From positions 64,275 through 128,274 of the forward strand of contig CAWEJM010000018.1 of assembly GCA_963809395.1 (NCBI GenBank): a stretch of 64,000 nucleotides of DNA, in the 5' to 3' direction. The notes under the pieces are model-generated. The model ran no database searches. It was not told where the DNA came from and saw only the letters and a list, made by a program, of their open reading frames with translations. Position 1 is the first letter of the stretch, and each line of letters starts with the position of its first letter. This stretch comes from an uncultured Actinomycetes bacterium. GTDB lineage: Bacteria; Actinomycetota; Thermoleophilia; RBG-16-64-13. This document shows, in pieces, positions 59,260-64,000 of this stretch. The position numbers and the translations under genes were made by a program.

Positions 59260-61242
59260 TCAGCGCGGAAGATCGAGCACCCGGCAGAGGATGACGGCCA
59301 CGTGCTGGCGCTTGATGGCCTCTTCCACCCGCAGCACCGTCGGCGCCGCCCGCCGGAGGGCCCGAGTAGCCCTGGATGATGCCCTGTTGCTTGAGATAGG
59401 TGGCGGCGGCCCAATGGGGGCTGGTGGGGGGCACGTCGGCGAAGCCCGGCGTGTCGGCGGGCAGGGCAGCGGCCTCATCTTCCCAGCCGAGGGCCCGGCA
59501 CATCATGGTGGCCATCTGGTCGCGGCGGACCACGGTGTAGGGCTGGAAGCTGGTGGACGTCACCCCCGTGACCAGGCCGGCCTTCTTGGCGGCGGCCACC
59601 CAGTCGGAGACGTCGCCCGTCTCCTCCGGCTTGACGGGGACGTCGGCGAACGGCGCGTCGGTCACGTTGACCACGGCGATCTGGTCGTCCGGATGCATGA
59701 TGTTGTAGAGGTTGACCGCGATCTTGGCGAACTGCCAGCGGGTGACCGAGCCGTCAGGCTTGAACAGCCCGTTGTCGTAGCCGCTCATGAGCCCGGCGGT
59801 GACCATCCGGGCGATCTGGTCGTGGTAGAGGTGGCCGGGGCCCACGTCGTAGAACTCGCCCGGGGCCAGGGGCTCGCCGCCGGTGATGCTGAGGATGAGC
59901 GTGGAGCGCATCACGCTGTAGCCGAAGAGCGCTCGGAAGGACGAGGCCGAGACGGTGGCCGTCCCTTCTCGCCGGTGAGACGCAGGGTCTTGGCGTGGCT
60001 CTCGGGATCGGCGGTGTCGCGGGCGATGATCTCCACCCGGGTGAGCAGGCCCACGTCGACCGTCTTCCTGGTCGAGCTGTCGGTGAGGTTGCCGTTGACC
60101 TTGCGGAGAGGTCGGCCGGCGGAGATGGTGTAGGTCCAGTTCTAGCCGGGGCCGGCGGAACTCATGCTGGTCGGCGGCGCCCTGAGGCTCCAGGGATCGG
60201 GCTGGGCCAGCGATGTAGGCCGAGGCTGGCGCCCGACCAGGCGCGTCGGTGGTGTATCCACCGGAGTGGGCGGAGAAGTAGGCGGTGATGGGCTTGCCCT
60301 GGTAGCTGAGGATGAGCCCGGCCGTCTCTTCGGCCGCCTGGGCGATGCCGGGATACTTGGCCTCGAACGTGTAGCCCCGGTAGCACTGGTCGTTCTGGTT
60401 GTCGGCCAAGGGGCCGTTCTTGGCCACGGCGTAGGTGCGGGCGGCGACCGCCTGGGCCTTGACGGCCTCGGGAGCGTAGGCGGCGGAACCGGGCATCGCC
60501 CAGTCGTAGTCCACCTCGGCGATGCTGCGCACGTACTTCTCGAGCGGCACGTAGTTGTAGACCCAGAGCTCGCCGGCGCTCGTCGCCGGGTTGGACGCGC
60601 ATGGCGCCCCAGTACTCGCGGTAGTCGTAGGTGGCGCCGCTGGTCTTGAGTTGGATGGCGACCCGGCCTTCGGCGGCACCGCTGGAGCCGTCGCCACCGG
60701 GCTCGGCGGAAGCCGTCTCGGGCCGCAGCTCGACGTAGTCGAAGGGACCTTGGCTTCCGGCGGCGGTGACCACCTGCACCTTGCCGTCGCTGCGGAGCAC
60801 GTTGATGAACGTGCCCACCGGGAGCACCTCGACCGTGTCTCCGGAGGCCGTGTGCTTGACCAGGGTCGCGGGAGTCACCACCGGCTTGAGGTCGACCTGC
60901 ACGAAGTCGACGGTGTTGGTCGTCCAGGGCTGGCTGGAGATGCGCACCCGCACCTCGGCATCGGGGTCGGAGCAGGGGTTCGAGCGTGGTGCCGGGATAG
61001 TAGAAGGCCAAGATCTTGTCGAAGGTGACCCCTTCTTTGGCCGCCTGCCAGGCGCCCCACTGACTCATGCCCACCCCGTGGCCCCAGCCGCGGCCGGTGA
61101 AGACGAAGTCGCCCGGCGCGGCGTCGGCCGCGGGCGCGAAGACAAGGCCGGCGAGCAGACAGCGACGGCGAGAGCCAGAGCGGCGCGACAACGGCGGCCT
61201 CGCGCCGGGCGGCTCGCGCCAGCCGAGAACAGACGCGATCAT
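59260..61242 (-). CDS. SpoIID/LytB-domain protein with C-terminal SLH domains; several frame slips
   Basis: N-terminus in ORF 60142..61242: FVFTGRGWGHGVGMSQWGAWQAAKEG (SpoIID signature). YVPLEKYVRSIAEVDYDWA...AQAVAARTYA...ITAYFSAHSGGYT (ORF 59141..60697). SLH motifs [28 protein letters not shown] and IKRQHVAVILCRVL (ORF 59260..59478). Confidence 0.75.
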
Positions 61243-61313
61243 TCTTCACAAAAAGACCTCCCGGTCGGAATCGCGGCCCCACGGTCCCGGGCGCCGACAG
61301 GTGCGGCTGATCG

Positions 61314-62940
61314 TTACTCGCTAGTGTAGACCGTCGTCGACCACTTCAGGTACTCGAGGACCCCGTTGGCGATCCCCTGGGCGGCCGCCTGCTGGTAGGC
61401 GGGGGTCTTGAGCTTGGCTTCTTCCTCGGGATTGGTGACGAAACCGACCTCGGCCAGGGCGGCGGTCATGTGGGTCTCGGCCAGCACCACCAGATTGACC
61501 CAATGGGTGCGCGCGCCCCGGTCGGTGGAGCCGATGGCGGCCAGCAGGTTGCGCTGGATGGCCTCGGCCAAGAGCTTGCCTTCGGCGGAGTAGTTCTCGG
61601 GTGTTCCCCAGTAGAAGGTCTCGGTGCCGTTGGCCAGCGGGTCGCCGGCCGGCGTTGTTGTGGACGCTGACGAACAGGCTGGCCAGGGCGGTGTTCGCGA
61701 TCTCGGCCCGCTGCTGCAGGGTGGGCAGGGTGTCGTCCTCGCGGGTCATGATGACCCGAAGACCGGCGCCGCGCAGGTTCTGGGCCAGGAGCAGGGCGAT
61801 GCTCAGGTTGAGGTCTTTCTCGTTGGTGCCGGTGGCCCCGACGGCCCCGCTGTCGGTCGCCCCCATGCCCCGGATCGACGCAGATGAGAGGCGGCCCGTC
61901 ACCCAGGGGACCATCGACCCGGCGGTAGGCATCGACCACGATACGGTAGCCCTTGTCCTCGGAGGGTGCCAGCGACATCACCCGGAAGGTCTGGTAGCGG
62001 GCCAGGGCCAGGGTGATGCGCACGGTCCGCGGGCTGTAGGCGAACTGACGGGCGGTGAGCGTCTTGACCTCCGGAGAGTCGATCGGCTTGGCTGAGAAGA
62101 CCGCCGATGGCCCCGCCCGTGTAGTCGACGGTGAGCGTGCCGTCGGCCGAGATCGCGGCCGTGACCGTGCCCGGAGCCCGGGACAGGTCGATGACCACCC
62201 GGGTCTTGTCGGGGTAGTCACTTGCGAACCGTACCTGCTGAATGACGGCCAGGCTATTCAGTTCGGCCCGGAAGACCACCAGGCAGAACTGGGCCCGGGT
62301 GATGCCGCTCTGGGGCGTGAGCAGGCCGTCTGATCCGCCGAACAGCCCCCGATCGACGGCCAGAGCCACGTAGGGCCGAGCCACGGCGGCCACCTCCAGC
62401 CGGTCGGAGAAGGCGGCCAGGGTCGTCGTCGATCTGCGAGTCGGTCAGCTTACGCGCCTCGGCCTCCCAGCCCATGGCCCGCACCATGATGATGGCCATC
62501 TGCTGCCGCGTGAGGGTGGCGTAGGGACGGAAGCTGCCGTCATCGAAGCCGGTGATCCAGCCCTGGGCGGCCGCGGTCTGCACGTAGGAGCGGTAGACCA
62601 CATCGAGGTCGGTGAAGGAGGGGCCCGTCGGAGACCGGGGTCACGCCCCGCCACAGGACCAGGATCTTGGTGGCCTGTCCCCGCTTGAGCGTCAGCCCGG
62701 GGCCGAAGGTGCCGTCTTCGAAGCCGGAGATGATGCCCGCTCCGGCCAGATACTCGATGGCGTCGTGAGCAGGGAGCGACTCGGCGACGTCGGGGAAGCT
62801 GGACGGATGGGCCAGCGCGGCAGTGGGCGCCGGCGCCAAGCAGCGAGCACCGCGGCCAGTCGAGCAGGACGCCCGCGACGGCACCGAGCAGGCCCAGCGC
62901 GGCCGGTGACGCCGAAGGCCCGCCCCGGCGGAGTATGCGC
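61314..62940 (-). CDS. N-acetylmuramoyl-L-alanine amidase (Amidase_3) with N-terminal SLH domains; many frame slips, start approximate
   Basis: SLH motifs FPDVAESLPAHDAIEYLAGAGIISGFEDGTFGP (ORF 62540..62884), LTRQQMAIIMVRAMG and ITRAQFCLVVF. Catalytic domain ICVDPGHGG...EKDLNLSIALLLAQNLRGAGLRVIMTREDD...LFVSVHNNA (ORFs 61466..62221, 61321..61932). C-terminus LAETHMTAALAEVGFVTNPEE (ORF 61314..61571). Confidence 0.75.
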
Positions 62941-62953
62941 GCTCGCCGCGCCG

Positions 62954-64000
62954 CTATGAGCTCGAGCCTCCTTCGAGCAGCCGCAGAAGCCGAGCCATCA
63001 CCGTGATCGCCTGCGCCCGGTTGGCGTTCTCCTCGGGCCGGAAGCAGCCTTTGGCGTCACCGCACATGAGGCCCAGGTAGTCGACCATGAGCATCGCTCC
63101 CTGGGCCCAGTAGCCCTTGGGCACGTCGTCGATAGAGCGAGGTAGGCCGCGGCGGCGTCGCCCGCCCAGTTACCGTTGGGGTCGGACCCCATGGCCCGGC
63201 ACATCATGGTGGCCATCTGCGCCCGGGTGATCAGGGCGTCGGGAGAGTAGTCGGTGCCGTCGCCGGTGCCGCGGACCAGACCCAGCCGAGCCGCGGCCTC
63301 TATCTCGTTGTAGGCCCAGTAGGTGGCGGGCACGTCCTTGAAGATGGGATCTCTCGGCGGCGGCGGCGTACGCGGCCGTCGCCGACCGGCCGAGCCGTTC
63401 AACTCGCCGGGCGCCATGGCGCGCACCAGATAGACGGCGAACAGCGCCCGCGACACCTGCGCGTAGGGGCGGAACCGCTGGTCGGCGGCGGCGGTGACGA
63501 CCCCGGCCGCCCGGGCCAGGGCGAAGTCGGCGTAGAACCAGTCGGTGGTGCGGACGTCGGTGAAGCCCGGGACCGAGGTGTCGGCCGCGGTGGTGGTCGT
63601 GGTCGTCGGGTGTCGGCGCTGTCGTGGTGGTCGTGGTGGTTTCGGCGCCGTGGTGGTCGTCGTGGTGGTCGGGTTGTCGTGCGTCGTCGTGGTGGTGGTC
63701 GTCGGCGCGGTTGTGGTCGTGGTGGCGGCGCCGGGCACGGTCGTCGTGGTGGTCAGCGGCGGCTTGCCGGCCGCGATCCACTCGGCCAGGGTGGGGGCGG
63801 CCTTGAGGCTGGCGTACGGGTCGATGGCGCTGGGCGTGCGCGTCTGGCCGGACCGAGGCGCTCACGTAGCCGCCCAGATGGATCTCGAAGTGCAGGTGGC
63901 TGCCCGCGTCCTCGGCGTTGCCGCTGTCGCCGACGTAGCCGATGAGGTCGCCCCGCTGGACGCGCGTCCCGTTGGTGAGACCGGGGGCGTAGGCGTACTG
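62954..64000 (-). CDS. M23-family peptidase with a Thr-rich linker and C-terminal SLH domains; the 5' end lies beyond the right edge
   Basis: Hand translation of the minus strand at 63870-63990 gives [29 protein letters not shown] (M23 signature). The linker is TTTTT-rich (63590-63740). SLH motifs [46 protein letters not shown] and [15 protein letters not shown] (ORF 62998..63738). The end read by hand is [22 protein letters not shown], stopping at 62954-62956. Confidence 0.75.

Overview
Very GC-rich bacterial chromosomal segment; I did not compute the GC content. The envelope genes are of the monoderm type (SLH anchors, SpoIID, GerMN, YmdB). This fits a high-GC Bacillota lineage (Limnochordia/Symbiobacteriia-like) or a deep Actinomycetota lineage, which I cannot resolve without a database search.

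Gene content, left to right:
- nrdJ carrying a LAGLIDADG intein, followed by nrdR.
- An OmpR-type response regulator, a histidine kinase and a GerMN lipoprotein.
- A 2.9-kb LuxR/MalT-like ATPase regulator.
- A tail-less SSB and several small genes (OsmC, DUF1015, an NAD(P)H-binding protein, YmdB).
- An NlpC/P60 peptidase.
- A lower-GC accessory stretch of about 4 kb: a HEAT-like protein, a HEAT-WD40 protein with eight near-identical 126-bp repeats, and vapBC.
- A 19-kb block of SLH-anchored envelope genes: two CAP-domain proteins, a duplicated two-gene S-layer module and an S8 protease.
- A complete carbonyl-branch Wood-Ljungdahl operon: cooC-acsA-acsB-acsC-RACo-cooC-acsD-acsE.
- An ECF sigma factor.
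- A row of SLH-tethered cell-wall hydrolases: MA-clan peptidase, SpoIID, Amidase_3 and M23.

No rRNA, tRNA, CRISPR array, transposase or integrase was found.

The sequence as given carries many 1-nt indels that split conserved genes over two or three frames. I therefore report reconstructed gene spans, and boundaries are approximate wherever frames change. The indels are strongly clustered in some genes and absent from others. I cannot tell assembly error from real decay without reads.

The most interesting leads are:
- the duplicated S-layer module, with a shared EF-hand-like C-terminal module and one copy that is heavily disrupted;
- the 91-nt AT-rich terminator-like insertion in that copy's leader;
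- the HEAT/WD40/vapBC insert, bracketed by a duplicated gene end;
- the CODH/ACS operon in this genomic background.
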